52,246 nt of DNA, taken from Clostridia bacterium (GTDB lineage: Bacteria > Bacillota > Clostridia > Oscillospirales > CAG-272). The notes under the pieces were generated by a model that searched no databases, was not told where the DNA came from, and was given only the letters and a program-made list of their open reading frames with translations. Location: the NCBI GenBank assembly GCA_017452665.1, contig JAFTLZ010000102.1, positions 1 to 52,246 of the forward strand, written 5' to 3'. Below, in pieces: positions 19,380 through 29,474 of this stretch; position 1 is the first letter of the stretch, and every line of letters starts with the position of its first letter. The position numbers were made by a program, and so were the translations under genes.

Positions 19380-20256
19380 GGTTGGTTGATTCACCTTTCG
19401 CAGTTTGATTCAAAATGGTAGTTGCAGTCTCGGGCAAGCCGAGGTAAAGGATATTACACAAAATTTCTTTCAGCTCGGGGAGCGGAAAACGGTCGATCAA
19501 AAGAAAGGCGCATTCCGCATCACTCAACAGCCGCGTCATAGCAAGCTTGACCGCCTCCCAATCCTCGCTTGTCGGATGCTCTCCAAACAAGCGTAAAAAG
19601 GGATTAAAGCTACCACTTTTGCGGTCTTTTACAAAGTCGTCTGCCGCATCGGCAAGATAGATCCAATGACCAATCGAGCGTCCGATCCCCGCCGCAATGC
19701 GTGCATCTGCTCCGGTCAGACCCTGTGCAAAAACGGATTCCATCAGTTTTCCAAAAATCTCAGCCGGCGCGTCGGCGCTTGGGGGAAGGGATTCGTTCGT
19801 TTCGTAGTTTCGCAATTCTTCAAGACTTTTTGCAATGGCAGTGTCCAGCTCCGGATAACGCTTTTTTGCGTTCCGATATCCGGAGGAAAACAACAGCAAT
19901 GCCAGCCGCGCACGCATTTTTTTGAATCCGCGCTCGTCCGCAAGATCGTCGCGGCATTTGTGATAGGTCAGGAGCGCCGAGGCATCGGCACAGTATTTCA
20001 GCGTTTCGGAATCTTTTACGGTTTTTCGCTTGTGCAACGGGTGTACCGGGCAACGGGAAAGGATTGTGGTAACGGGTTCGTTTAAAATGGAAATGCGCAC
20101 CGCCGCAAGAAATACAAAATCGTAACTGAGAGAAAAGCGGGAGCATTGCCCAGTGCATTTTCCCATATGGCGGCAAAGTCCGCAATAAAGCGCACGGTAA
20201 ATCTCGTAGTCACGCAACCGCAGCTCAGGTCCTTGCGTGCGGATATATCCCAACAT
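19363..20256 (-). CDS. Hypothetical protein, DUF5685-like (family recalled from memory)
   Basis: N-terminal MLGYIRTQ...[16 protein letters not shown] motif. It overlaps the J-domain gene start by 17 nt. Confidence 0.65.
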   Translation of the reverse strand: MLGYIRTQGPELRLRDYEIYRALYCGLCRHMGKCTGQCSRFSLSYDFVFLAAVRISILNEPVTTILSRCPVHPLHKRKTVKDSETLKYCADASALLTYHKCRDDLADERGFKKMRARLALLLFSSGYRNAKKRYPELDTAIAKSLEELRNYETNESLPPSADAPAEIFGKLMESVFAQGLTGADARIAAGIGRSIGHWIYLADAADDFVKDRKSGSFNPFLRLFGEHPTSEDWEAVKLAMTRLLSDAECAFLLIDRFPLPELKEILCNILYLGLPETATTILNQTAKGESTNHEKSL

Positions 20257-20494
20257 ATCAAAAAAGCCCCCTCTCTACAAAAGCAATAGCGATACTATTA
20301 TATGATATCGCATTTCTTTGTAAATTGCAAGAAGTTTTTGTGTTTTTTTCGAAAAAAGATTTCTTTTTTATAAAATATTTCCCAATAATTTCGTTTTCAA
20401 GCATTGACTTTTGCATTTGCAAATGATATACTGGTATTAAATATGCGGCCGAAGGGCTATCGGCTGTCAACAAAATATAAAGGAGTACAGACTG

Positions 20495-21436
20495 ATGAAA
20501 AAAGACTTTATGTGGGCGCACCTATTGCAGCTTGGTTCCAATATGTGGAACGAAGAGGGAAACACCCGCGGGCGGGAACACCGTTCTAATTCAGAGGCGT
20601 CTCCGGTTCTGCGCTTTGACAGAAGGCTATGGGACGAATATGTTCTAGAGTTGAAACAGGCGGGCGTCAATACGCTGATCATTGATATCGGAGAAGCAAT
20701 GGCATACGAATCTCACCCGGAGCTTGCTGTGCTTGGCTCCTGGTCGCGTGCGCAGATGTGTGCCGAGGTAGAACGCCTAAAAAAACTGGGCTTTGAGGTG
20801 GTTCCAAAGCTGAACTTTTCGGCGTGCCACGACGCATGGTTGAAGGATTATTCGCGTATGCTCTCCACGCCCATCTACTATACGGTGTGCAGTGACCTGA
20901 TTCACGAGGTTTGCGAGGTATTCAAGCCCAAATATTTTCATATCGGTATGGATGAAGAGCGCATCGAATATCAAAAACAGTACGATTACGCCGTGTGCCG
21001 TCAATTCGATCTGTGGTGGAAGGATTTTTACTTCCTTGTAAATTGTGTGGAACGCGAAAACGTCCGCGCATGGATCTGGTCGGATTACATTTGGTCACAG
21101 CCCGAAGAATTTTTAAAGAAAATGCCCAAGTCCGTTCTGCAAAGCAACTGGTACTACGGGAATTTTGAAGGGGAAGCCCTGCAAAGAGCGGAAGTGCGTA
21201 GCTTTGATCTTTTGGAAGAACACGGATACGATCAGGTTCCCACGGGTAGCGTTTGGTCAAAACGTGAAAACTTTGAACTGTTGACACAGTACTGTTCTAA
21301 GCACATCTCCTCCGAGCGCTTGTACGGATTGATGCAAACCACGTGGGAGCGCATTGCCGATCCTTGGATGCAAAAGCATCATGCTGCCGCCGATTCACTT
21401 GCTTCCGCAAAAACGTGGTTAAACAATCAAAATTAA
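20495..21436 (+). CDS. Putative TIM-barrel glycoside-hydrolase-like protein
   Basis: 313 aa. The FHIGMDEE motif resembles the HxGGDE catalytic motif of GH20 hexosaminidases. Function is uncertain. Confidence 0.7.
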   Translation: MKKDFMWAHLLQLGSNMWNEEGNTRGREHRSNSEASPVLRFDRRLWDEYVLELKQAGVNTLIIDIGEAMAYESHPELAVLGSWSRAQMCAEVERLKKLGFEVVPKLNFSACHDAWLKDYSRMLSTPIYYTVCSDLIHEVCEVFKPKYFHIGMDEERIEYQKQYDYAVCRQFDLWWKDFYFLVNCVERENVRAWIWSDYIWSQPEEFLKKMPKSVLQSNWYYGNFEGEALQRAEVRSFDLLEEHGYDQVPTGSVWSKRENFELLTQYCSKHISSERLYGLMQTTWERIADPWMQKHHAAADSLASAKTWLNNQN

Positions 21437-21530
21437 AAAAGAAATATTCAACAGGAGGTTTGGTTAATTTTTAAAAGTTCCTTATGATCCCTTAAAGGCG
21501 TTGGTTATATTTGATGACGTACATAAAAAG

Positions 21531-21580
21531 CGTAGTGCCTCAAATGCGATTTCACGTTTGAGGCACTACGCTTCTTTTTG
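21531..21580. terminator. Bidirectional terminator
   Basis: CGTAGTGCCTCAAA (21531-21544) pairs with TTTGAGGCACTACG (21557-21570), followed by CTTCTTTTT. Confidence 0.7.
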
Positions 21581-21673
21581 TTTGGAATTTTAACTTTTTG
21601 CAATCCCTTCTGCTCGCTTTGCGAACTTCCTCCAATTTGCGTAGCAAATCTTTACACCAAGGGAGGCTTGGGA

Positions 21674-22633
21674 TTACATTCCAAGAACCGCCGCACCGAT
21701 GATACCCGCATCGTTGCGCAGGGTAGCAATACGGATCGCAGGAGTTTGTACTACACTGGTTCCGTAGATCTCCTCATGTACCTTCGGCACTACTAAATCC
21801 AACAGGAACTGCCCCTCGTTAGAGATACCGCCGCCGATGGAGATAACCTCAGGCTGGAAGATATTGATCATGCTTGCCAAGCCGCTTGCCAGATATTTGA
21901 TGTATTCGTCCACAACCTCTTTTGCCGCCTCGTCGCCCTTGCGCATTCCGTCAAATGCAGTACGTCCGTTGACCTTGCCAACTTCAGCAACAATCTGTGT
22001 CATCACAGTTGCACGACCTGCCTTTTCGCATTCTGCCAGCTTATCTTTCGTCATGTTAATCAAGCCGGTAGCCGAGGAATATGCCTCCCAGCAGCCTTTT
22101 CTGCCGCAGGAGCAAGGACGTCCGTCCACATGAATCACAATGTGACCCAACTCACCCGCCGCAGAGTTAAAGCCTTTGAATATCTTACCGCCATCGATGA
22201 TTCCACCGCCAACACCGGTGCCAAGCGTGATCATTACCGAGGACTTGGTACCTTTTGCGGCGCCTGCAATTGCCTCTCCCCATGCAGCCGCGTTTGCGTC
22301 GTTTTCGATGTGAATTTCGGGCACAGCCAACTGCTTTTTCAACAGAGAGCAGATGGGGAAGTGATCAAAGGGAAGGTTGTTTGCGTAAATCGCTTCTCCA
22401 CTCTCATCATCTACAATGCCGGGAGATGCAATACCAACCGATGCAATGTCAGCCTCCGTGATCCCAAGATCGGCGCAAAGCTTTTTGCAAAGGTTTGCAA
22501 TGTCGGTAACGATCTCTTCTCCGGGGCGATTCGCGTTGGTAGGAACGCTGTCCTTCGCAATGATCTTAAATTCCTCGTTTACGATTCCGGCGGCAATGTT
22601 GGTTCCGCCAAGGTCGATGCCAATACGATACAT
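21674..22633 (-). CDS. glcK: ROK family glucokinase
   Basis: GIDLGGTN ATP-binding motif and the ROK zinc motif CSCGRKGCWEAY. Confidence 0.9.
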   Translation of the reverse strand: MYRIGIDLGGTNIAAGIVNEEFKIIAKDSVPTNANRPGEEIVTDIANLCKKLCADLGITEADIASVGIASPGIVDDESGEAIYANNLPFDHFPICSLLKKQLAVPEIHIENDANAAAWGEAIAGAAKGTKSSVMITLGTGVGGGIIDGGKIFKGFNSAAGELGHIVIHVDGRPCSCGRKGCWEAYSSATGLINMTKDKLAECEKAGRATVMTQIVAEVGKVNGRTAFDGMRKGDEAAKEVVDEYIKYLASGLASMINIFQPEVISIGGGISNEGQFLLDLVVPKVHEEIYGTSVVQTPAIRIATLRNDAGIIGAAVLGM

Positions 22634-22696
22634 AGGTAAAGTCTCCTTTATTTCATAAAAGTGTTATGTGTATTATAATCTCTTTTTTGGGGCTCG

Positions 22697-23518
22697 TCAA
22701 GTGGTTTTTGTATTTTTGATGTAAAATTTATCCGATTCTTTCAGATCCAGCAGATCGATCGCACGTTCGAAGATCGGCTTCACCTTCCGGAAGTAATCGG
22801 GATGGTGCGCGTCGCTGGCGGTGTAGAACTTGCATCCCGCCGCCTTTGCAATGCGGAACATCCTAAGCACCGCGTCGGTTTCGCCGTCCGAAAAATCCAT
22901 ATCGGTGGAGTTGAGCTCAATGCCGACCCCCAGCACAGCGGCTTTTTGGAACAGCCGCTCCATCTCCGACGATGGGATCTTTTCCAGTACGGCAAGATAA
23001 TTTTCACGGGAGTCGGGTGTGAGCAGCCCGCAAGCAAGATGCGCGATGCCTACCTTGTGGAAGGGAAGTGCCATGTTCAGTACTGCCTCCAGACGGGTCG
23101 TCCACAGCCGTGCGCGTGCATCGAGCGAGGATGCGTCCTCCTTGGAGATGGTAAAGCTGTTCATGTGCAGGTGCGTGGTGGGAATCACGATGAAATCGAA
23201 ATCGTCAAAGCGGCTCTCGGGTATGCCGAGCGTCAGGTTTTGATCCAGATCGGTCTCACAGCCGAAAAGAAAACGGATGCCGTCCTCTTGCGGAAGAGGG
23301 CGCGATGCCGCAATGTGGTCAAAGTTTTGTGGCTTGTACCAATTCGAAACGCCCGGAACTGCGGAGTCCCAGTAGTGGTCGGTCAGGCAAACGGTAGAAA
23401 GCCCCACCTCTTTCGCATATTGTAAAATCCGCGCAGGCGTTTGCTCCGGATCAGACGAGCAGGAAGAAATCTGTGAATGAATATGCAAGTCGTGGTCGAA
23501 TACAAAGCGTTTATTCAT
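22697..23518 (-). CDS. PHP-domain metal-dependent phosphoesterase
   Basis: N-terminal DLHIHS motif, plus further His/Asp motifs (LTDHYWD, SDAHHP). Confidence 0.8.
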   Translation of the reverse strand: MNKRFVFDHDLHIHSQISSCSSDPEQTPARILQYAKEVGLSTVCLTDHYWDSAVPGVSNWYKPQNFDHIAASRPLPQEDGIRFLFGCETDLDQNLTLGIPESRFDDFDFIVIPTTHLHMNSFTISKEDASSLDARARLWTTRLEAVLNMALPFHKVGIAHLACGLLTPDSRENYLAVLEKIPSSEMERLFQKAAVLGVGIELNSTDMDFSDGETDAVLRMFRIAKAAGCKFYTASDAHHPDYFRKVKPIFERAIDLLDLKESDKFYIKNTKTT

Positions 23519-23527
23519 TTTGACACC

Positions 23528-24415
23528 TCAAAACATGGCGGCAATATCGTCGCGGTTGTAATATTGCTTTTTGTCGCAGAATCGACACGCAACCTCCAAG
23601 CGTTCGGGCTTTCCCTCGGCAACTTGCTCCTCCAACAAACGGAGCAGATCCTCCCGTCCCAGCGTGATCAAAGCCTTGGTGGTTCTCTCCCGACTGCAGT
23701 TGCAACGGTACTCCACGTCCAATTCGTCGAATACGTCAAACGGAATATCCCGGAACGCCACACGGGCAATCTCTTCGGGCGTCATGCCGGCGTCAAACAT
23801 TGCCGATACGTTGGACAGATCTGCTATGTTACGCTCGATCAGATCCACCGTAGCGGGATCGGCAAAGGGAAGGAGCTGAATCAAAACGCCGCCTGCGGCA
23901 CGGCAGGTGCAATCGGTGTTGATCAGAACCCCCAACGCACACACCGTGGGAATTTGCTCGCTTTTTGCGTAATAAGCCGCAATATCCTCAGCAATCTCTC
24001 CGCTGACCAGCTCAATGGAGCCGTTGTAAGGCTCGGTTCCGCCGGTGTCGCGAATGATATTCAAAAAGCCTTGCCCGACCGCACCGCCAACGTCCAGCTT
24101 TCCGTTGGAGCGCTTCAGCGGCAGATCAACGTTCGGATTTTGAATGTAGCCGCGTACGTTTCCAATATAATCGGCAACCGCAAGAACCGTGCCCGCAGGA
24201 CCGTTGCCCTTGAGACTGACCGTAATAGAATCTGTTTTTTCTCCCAGCATACACCCCATCATCGAGGTGGCGGTCAGCAATCTGCCCAGTGTGGCAGATG
24301 CCGTGGGGGTGGTGTGGTGGAGATGAATGGCTTTGTTAACGATCTCCGTCGAGCGGATGACGTGAATGCGCGCGCTTCCGTCCGCAGACATGGCGCGTAA
24401 AATAACTGATGACAT
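23528..24415 (-). CDS. hslO: Redox-regulated chaperone Hsp33
   Basis: Hsp33-like sequence with C-terminal zinc centre CNCSRE...CRFCDKK. GAAGGA RBS before the ATG at 24415. Confidence 0.9.
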   Translation of the reverse strand: MSSVILRAMSADGSARIHVIRSTEIVNKAIHLHHTTPTASATLGRLLTATSMMGCMLGEKTDSITVSLKGNGPAGTVLAVADYIGNVRGYIQNPNVDLPLKRSNGKLDVGGAVGQGFLNIIRDTGGTEPYNGSIELVSGEIAEDIAAYYAKSEQIPTVCALGVLINTDCTCRAAGGVLIQLLPFADPATVDLIERNIADLSNVSAMFDAGMTPEEIARVAFRDIPFDVFDELDVEYRCNCSRERTTKALITLGREDLLRLLEEQVAEGKPERLEVACRFCDKKQYYNRDDIAAMF

Positions 24416-24454
24416 GATTGTATATCCTTCGTTTGGTTTAGAATCCAATAAATT

Positions 24455-25255
24455 TTAAGCTTTCACCGCACGCGCCGCAATGTACCAGCGCTCGGTGGTG
24501 TCGTTCGCCTCGGCAAAGGCATAGTCCGACCACACTCCAAGCGGCATCAAGCCAGCTTGCTTCAAAAGCTGTAATACGGTGTCAAGCTCGTAGCACCTCT
24601 CCGTTTGGTGCTCGTCGGTACGGCGGTACGTTCCTCCCGGAAGTTCTTCAAACAGCGAGAGATCAAACTCACATAAGCCGCTGTCCGGGTGATAGGTGTT
24701 TTGCCAACCGCAGTAAATTGCCGCGCGCTCCTCGTCTGCCTCCCCCTCGCCGTATACCGTTTCGTCCTCCAACACGTAAGCATTGTTGCCGTAAACGGTG
24801 CGGAATTTGTAGGGCGTGTTCATGTCAAACAGGAACAACCCATCGGGATCCAAATAATTGTGCACGCAGGCAAAGCAACGGGCAAGATCTTCAGGGGAGA
24901 GCAGATAGTTCAGGCTGTCCAGACAGCAGATCACAGCGACCACCGTGCCGTAAAGCTCAAATGCGCGCATATCCTGCTGTAGCCATAAAATCTGCGGAAC
25001 CCCGATCGCGCGGGAAAACGCTTCCGAAAGCATATCCGCACTGCCGTCCACGCCGATCATATCGTAGCCGCGCTTGGCAAGCTCCAACGTCATGCTACCC
25101 GTACCGCAGGCGAGATCTAACACCAATTCGGGGCGTTTCGGAAGAAAGCGGTCAAAGCAAGCTTCTACAAAATCCGCCCAAGCAGGGTAGTCGATCTCGG
25201 CATTGAGCTTGTCGTAGACGTGCGCAATCGCTTCATACCCCTCACATCCGCTCAT
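24455..25255 (-). CDS. Class I SAM-dependent methyltransferase
   Basis: Motif I VLDLACGTG. The start ATG at 25255 overlaps the stop of the upstream gene (ATGA). Confidence 0.85.
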   Translation of the reverse strand: MSGCEGYEAIAHVYDKLNAEIDYPAWADFVEACFDRFLPKRPELVLDLACGTGSMTLELAKRGYDMIGVDGSADMLSEAFSRAIGVPQILWLQQDMRAFELYGTVVAVICCLDSLNYLLSPEDLARCFACVHNYLDPDGLFLFDMNTPYKFRTVYGNNAYVLEDETVYGEGEADEERAAIYCGWQNTYHPDSGLCEFDLSLFEELPGGTYRRTDEHQTERCYELDTVLQLLKQAGLMPLGVWSDYAFAEANDTTERWYIAARAVKA

Positions 25256-25554
25256 CAATGGTGCGCCTTTCTGTCCAGGCGGTCCAATACCACGCCGTAG
25301 CCGTCGGTTCCGTATTTCAAGCAACGGTTTACGCGGCTGATGGTCGCGGTGGAAAGTCCGGTTCGGGTCGCGATTTCCGAGTAGATGTAATTGCTTTTCA
25401 GCATTTTGGCCGCCAAAAGGCGTCTGGACATTTCCTGTAGCTCCGAGGTTGTGCAAAGATCTTCCAAAAAGTGCTTGCATTCCTCTGGCGTTTGCAGTGT
25501 CAAAAAGCCGTGGCACAAATATTCCAAAAGCTCGTCGGTGGTTCGATTTTCCAT
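25255..25554 (-). CDS. TrpR-like YerC/YecD family protein
   Basis: 99 aa with HTH region GLSTATISRVNRCLKYGTDGY. Confidence 0.8.
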   Translation of the reverse strand: MENRTTDELLEYLCHGFLTLQTPEECKHFLEDLCTTSELQEMSRRLLAAKMLKSNYIYSEIATRTGLSTATISRVNRCLKYGTDGYGVVLDRLDRKAHH

Positions 25555-25674
25555 ATGGGAATCTCCTTTGCATTGTGATGGGCTTGATATCCGTGTCAAA
25601 AATCACATTGTTAATCACATTGTACCACAAAATCAAACGAATGTAAATAGATTACGGGAACTTTTTACAAAAAA

Positions 25675-25709
25675 ATGCGAAAAAATTTGGAGAGGATATC
25701 CTCTCCAAA
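25675..25709 (-). terminator. Rho-independent terminator downstream of coaW
   Basis: Perfect 24-nt palindrome TTTGGAGAGGATATCCTCTCCAAA (25686-25709), followed on the minus strand by a T-run. Confidence 0.7.
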
Positions 25710-25750
25710 TCAAAAAATACGATAAAATTCCGCAATGTACCTGACGAAAA

Positions 25751-26599
25751 TTATTTTTCGTTCAACGCCGCGCCGATTACAGTGCCGAACTGTGCGTTTT
25801 CGGGAATGATAAAACGAACGCCAAAATTGTCGGCAAGACTTTCAAATACGTTGCGTACGGGGGCCAGGGTGGTCAGATTTCCGATCAGGACAATATCTTT
25901 GATCTGATAGCTGCGTGCCGCAAAAATTGAGAGCATAGCAATGGTTTCGGCAACCATATTTGCAATGCCCAGTGCCAGATCCGCAGGACTTGCCATATCC
26001 GAGACCTTGCCAAAGTTTGCCGCCGTCAGATTCTCGTTGATGCCGTGATAGGTGTGGTTTTGTGAAATATCCTTGATGCGCAAATCCACATTGTCAAGGT
26101 TTCCTTCGGCGCAAAGTCGCTCAATGTGCTCCACCGTGTCCACTCCGGTCAGCTTGCGGGAAAGTCCCACCAGCGTGCCGCCGCCAACACCGGTACCGCC
26201 AAGATATTTGATGTCAAATTTATTTCCTGTCTTTTTTGCGTGATTGAGCGCCGTTCCGGTACCCATGCTGACTACAATCGCCTCGGAAAGCCCCGATAGA
26301 TACAGCCCTCCGATTCCGCTGCTCGAAAACTCCGGAACGGGAATACACTCGCAGTTGTAGATGCTTTTTTTGATGACCGAGCATCCTGCACCCGTCATCA
26401 GAATGCGGTCAATATCCTCCAGCTCCAAGCCGTTTTCCGCCGTAAATTTGCCAAACGCGCCGTATATGGAGGTCAAAGGGTCGGTCGCGCGTACGAACTG
26501 CGGGGAGATCAGCTCCGGTTTTCCGTATTCATGCTTCCGAAACCCAACGATCTTTGTTGTCGTTCCTCCTACGTCAATTCCAATTACGGTTCTGCTCAT
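25751..26599 (-). CDS. coaW: Type II pantothenate kinase
   Basis: ASKHA-fold motifs GIDVGGTTTKIV and GGTGVGGGTLVGL typical of type II PanK. Confidence 0.75.
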   Translation of the reverse strand: MSRTVIGIDVGGTTTKIVGFRKHEYGKPELISPQFVRATDPLTSIYGAFGKFTAENGLELEDIDRILMTGAGCSVIKKSIYNCECIPVPEFSSSGIGGLYLSGLSEAIVVSMGTGTALNHAKKTGNKFDIKYLGGTGVGGGTLVGLSRKLTGVDTVEHIERLCAEGNLDNVDLRIKDISQNHTYHGINENLTAANFGKVSDMASPADLALGIANMVAETIAMLSIFAARSYQIKDIVLIGNLTTLAPVRNVFESLADNFGVRFIIPENAQFGTVIGAALNEK

Positions 26600-26750
26600 T
26601 CGGGTCACGCTTTTCGGGAAGCCAATCGCCCCTCCGAAATCCTTTCGAAAAATATTCTTGATAATAATTATATCATTTACTTGTAAAAATTGCAAGATTA
26701 TGTTATAATATTTTTTAAGAAGTTTTTGAAAGAGCGGAGGAAACTGAAAA

Positions 26751-28517
26751 ATGGCGTTTGATGCGGGAATGCTTGCCTGTGTAATCGCGGAGGTGCGCGC
26801 GAAGTCCCTGGGGGCAAGAATCGAAAAGGTTTTTCAGCCGGAGCGGGACGAAATCGTTTTGCAAATGCGCAGTACCGAGGGCGGAAAACGCCTTTTGATC
26901 AATGCAGGCTCCAATACGCCGCGCTTCGGTTTTACCTCCGAGCAAAAGGAAAATCCTATGACACCGCCGATGTTCTGTATGCTGTTGCGCAAGCATCTGC
27001 AGGGCGCAAAGCTGACTGACGTCCGTCAAGAGGGCTTTGAGCGCGTGGTTACGCTGGAGTTTGAAACCCGCGATGAAATGGGCTTTGACTGCCGCCGCTA
27101 TCTGATTGCCGAGGTCATGGGAAAATACAGCAATCTGATTTTTGCAAACGAGGATAAGAAAATCCTATCGGCTCTGCACACGGTCGATTTCTCCACCTCC
27201 GGCTTGCGTCAGGTCTTGCCGGGGATGATTTACGAGCTGCCTCCCAAGCAGGAAAAAACAGACCCGCTGTCGGTCACGGAGGAGGCGTTTGATGCAATGT
27301 GGCAGGCTGGCGGAGCCGACCGCCCCTGCGACAAATGGATCGCCGCCACCTTCCTCGGTATTTCTTCTGCCGTTGCAAGGGAGGTTGCTTACCGCGCTAC
27401 GGGGCACACCGATACGCCGCTTGCAAGCTGCCGCAGAGAAAAGCTGTGGGGTGCATTTGCGGGGCTGACCGAAATGATCCGCTCCTCACGCTTCTCTCCG
27501 TGCATGATCCTGCGCGAGGGTAAGCCGGTGGAATACGCATTTTGCGAGCTGCGGCATTACGGCTCGGATTTTGAAATGCGTCCCTACGAGAGCGCCGGAT
27601 TGTTATTGGACGATTTTTTCCACACCCGCGACCGCGAAAACCACATCCGCCAGCGCGCCGCCGACGTGTTGCGCATCCTGACAAATGCAGATGCCCGCAT
27701 CCGAAAAAAGTTGGAATTGCAAAAGGGCGAGCTTGCCGATTGCGAAAAAGGGGAAGAGTACAAAAAATACGCGGACCTGATCACGGCAAATCTTTATCAG
27801 CTCAGCCGCGGAATGAGTCGTGCAGAACTGATCGACTACGAGGATTATCACGAGGATGGCACCTTCGGCACCTGCGTAATCACGCTGGATAGCCGTCTGT
27901 CTCCTTCTGCAAACGCGCAGGCGTACTACAAGCGCTACAACAAATCCAAAAACGCCAAGGTGGAGCTGACGCGCCAGATCGCACTCGGAGAGAGCGAATT
28001 GCACTATATTGACACCGTTTTTGATGCCTTGACACACGCGGAGAGCAGTGCAGATCTGACCGAGATCCGTGATGAGCTTTACCGCTCCGGTTACGCTTCC
28101 CGTATGAAAAATTATACTGTTTCCAAAAAGCAGACCACGCCAACCGTAGCCGAGTTTCGCACCTCCGGCGGTTTTCGTGTGCTGTGCGGAAAAAACAACG
28201 TGCAAAACGAGTACATTACCCACAAGCTGGCAGAAAAGAATGACTACTGGTTCCACGTCAAAAATCTGCCCGGCTCGCATACGGTTATGCTGTGTGGCGG
28301 TGTGGAGCCGAGTGAGCAGGATTTCACCGAGGCGGCAGAGATCGCGGCGCATTTTTCCAAAGGCGCGGACGGGCAAAACGTGGAGGTGGACTATACACTG
28401 GTGCGTCACGTCAAAAAGCCCTCCGGTACCAAACCGGGATTTGTGATCTATCACACCAACTGGTCCTGTATCGTGACACCGAATGCCGAGCGCATTCAAC
28501 AGCTACGTATTAAATAA
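26751..28517 (+). CDS. rqcH: NFACT-family ribosome quality control protein (RqcH / FbpA-like)
   Basis: 588 aa. NFACT-N-like N-terminus (MAFDAGML...), central coiled coil, and C-terminal NFACT-R region (WFHVKNLPGSH). Confidence 0.85.
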   Translation: MAFDAGMLACVIAEVRAKSLGARIEKVFQPERDEIVLQMRSTEGGKRLLINAGSNTPRFGFTSEQKENPMTPPMFCMLLRKHLQGAKLTDVRQEGFERVVTLEFETRDEMGFDCRRYLIAEVMGKYSNLIFANEDKKILSALHTVDFSTSGLRQVLPGMIYELPPKQEKTDPLSVTEEAFDAMWQAGGADRPCDKWIAATFLGISSAVAREVAYRATGHTDTPLASCRREKLWGAFAGLTEMIRSSRFSPCMILREGKPVEYAFCELRHYGSDFEMRPYESAGLLLDDFFHTRDRENHIRQRAADVLRILTNADARIRKKLELQKGELADCEKGEEYKKYADLITANLYQLSRGMSRAELIDYEDYHEDGTFGTCVITLDSRLSPSANAQAYYKRYNKSKNAKVELTRQIALGESELHYIDTVFDALTHAESSADLTEIRDELYRSGYASRMKNYTVSKKQTTPTVAEFRTSGGFRVLCGKNNVQNEYITHKLAEKNDYWFHVKNLPGSHTVMLCGGVEPSEQDFTEAAEIAAHFSKGADGQNVEVDYTLVRHVKKPSGTKPGFVIYHTNWSCIVTPNAERIQQLRIK

Positions 28518-28531
28518 AGGAGTGAATGTTT

Positions 28532-29449
28532 ATGATATACGATTTGATGATTATCGGCGCCGGCCCTGCGGGAATGACTGCGGCTTTGTATGGCGCGCGT
28601 GCAGGACGCAGCGTCCTGCTGTTTGAGGCGGAAGCACCCGGCGGACAGATTTTAAATTCTCCGAAGATCGAAAATTATCCCGCCCTGCCGCAAACCGACG
28701 GTTATACGTTTTCAGAAAACCTGCGTCAACAGCTACCGCAGGATCTGGTCACGGTCGTGTCTGAAAAAGTGACGCAGATATCGCGCTGCAACGGACTTTT
28801 TTGCGCGCATACGGGTAATGAAATTTACAGTGGCCGCAAGCTGATTCTGGCAACCGGACTCAAGCACCGAAAGCTGGGCGTGCCCGGCGAGGAATCCTTG
28901 CTTGGCAAGGGCGTTTCCTTCTGCGCCACCTGTGACGGGATGTTCTTCCGCAAAAAAGAGGTTGCCGTGCTGGGCGGTGGAAATACCGCCGTACAGGATG
29001 CGCTGTATCTTGCCGAAATTTGCTCCCGTGTCTATCTGATCCACCGCCGTGCCGAGCTGCGTGCCGAGCAATGGCTGGTTGACCGCATGAGAGAAAATGA
29101 GAAGATTACCTTTATCGGCGAAACCGTCGTGGAGGAAATGTGCGGCGCCCCGCTGTTGCAAGCCTTGAAATTACAGAATACCGTGACAAAAGAAACACGT
29201 GAATTACCGGTTTCGGGGGTATTCGAGGCAATCGGACTCGTTCCTCAGCACGAAATGTTTGGCGACCTGATCACCACCGACAAAGACGGTTATATTTTGA
29301 CCGACGAGCGCTGTGCGGCTGCAACACCGGGCGTTTACGCAGCAGGTGACTGCCGTGCCAAAACGGTGCGCCAGCTAACCACCGCTACGGCGGACGGTAC
29401 CGTTGCGGCTTTGGCGGCAGTGGAGGATCTGCGCCGCGAAGGCTTATAA
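28532..29449 (+). CDS. trxB: Thioredoxin-disulfide reductase
   Basis: GAGPAG FAD motif and CATCDG redox-active disulfide. The AAGGAG RBS favours the ATG at 28532 over 28526. Confidence 0.9.
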   Translation: MIYDLMIIGAGPAGMTAALYGARAGRSVLLFEAEAPGGQILNSPKIENYPALPQTDGYTFSENLRQQLPQDLVTVVSEKVTQISRCNGLFCAHTGNEIYSGRKLILATGLKHRKLGVPGEESLLGKGVSFCATCDGMFFRKKEVAVLGGGNTAVQDALYLAEICSRVYLIHRRAELRAEQWLVDRMRENEKITFIGETVVEEMCGAPLLQALKLQNTVTKETRELPVSGVFEAIGLVPQHEMFGDLITTDKDGYILTDERCAAATPGVYAAGDCRAKTVRQLTTATADGTVAALAAVEDLRREGL

Positions 29450-29474
29450 AATCTGACTGTAAGGAGATATCACT

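Noticed and set aside
24455-25636. 393-aa ORF suggesting a large fusion protein.
   Set aside because: The first ~127 residues (25256-25636) are low-complexity read-through that overlaps the well-supported YerC-like gene (25255-25554) in another frame. The methyltransferase starts at the ATG at 25255 (ATGA overlap).
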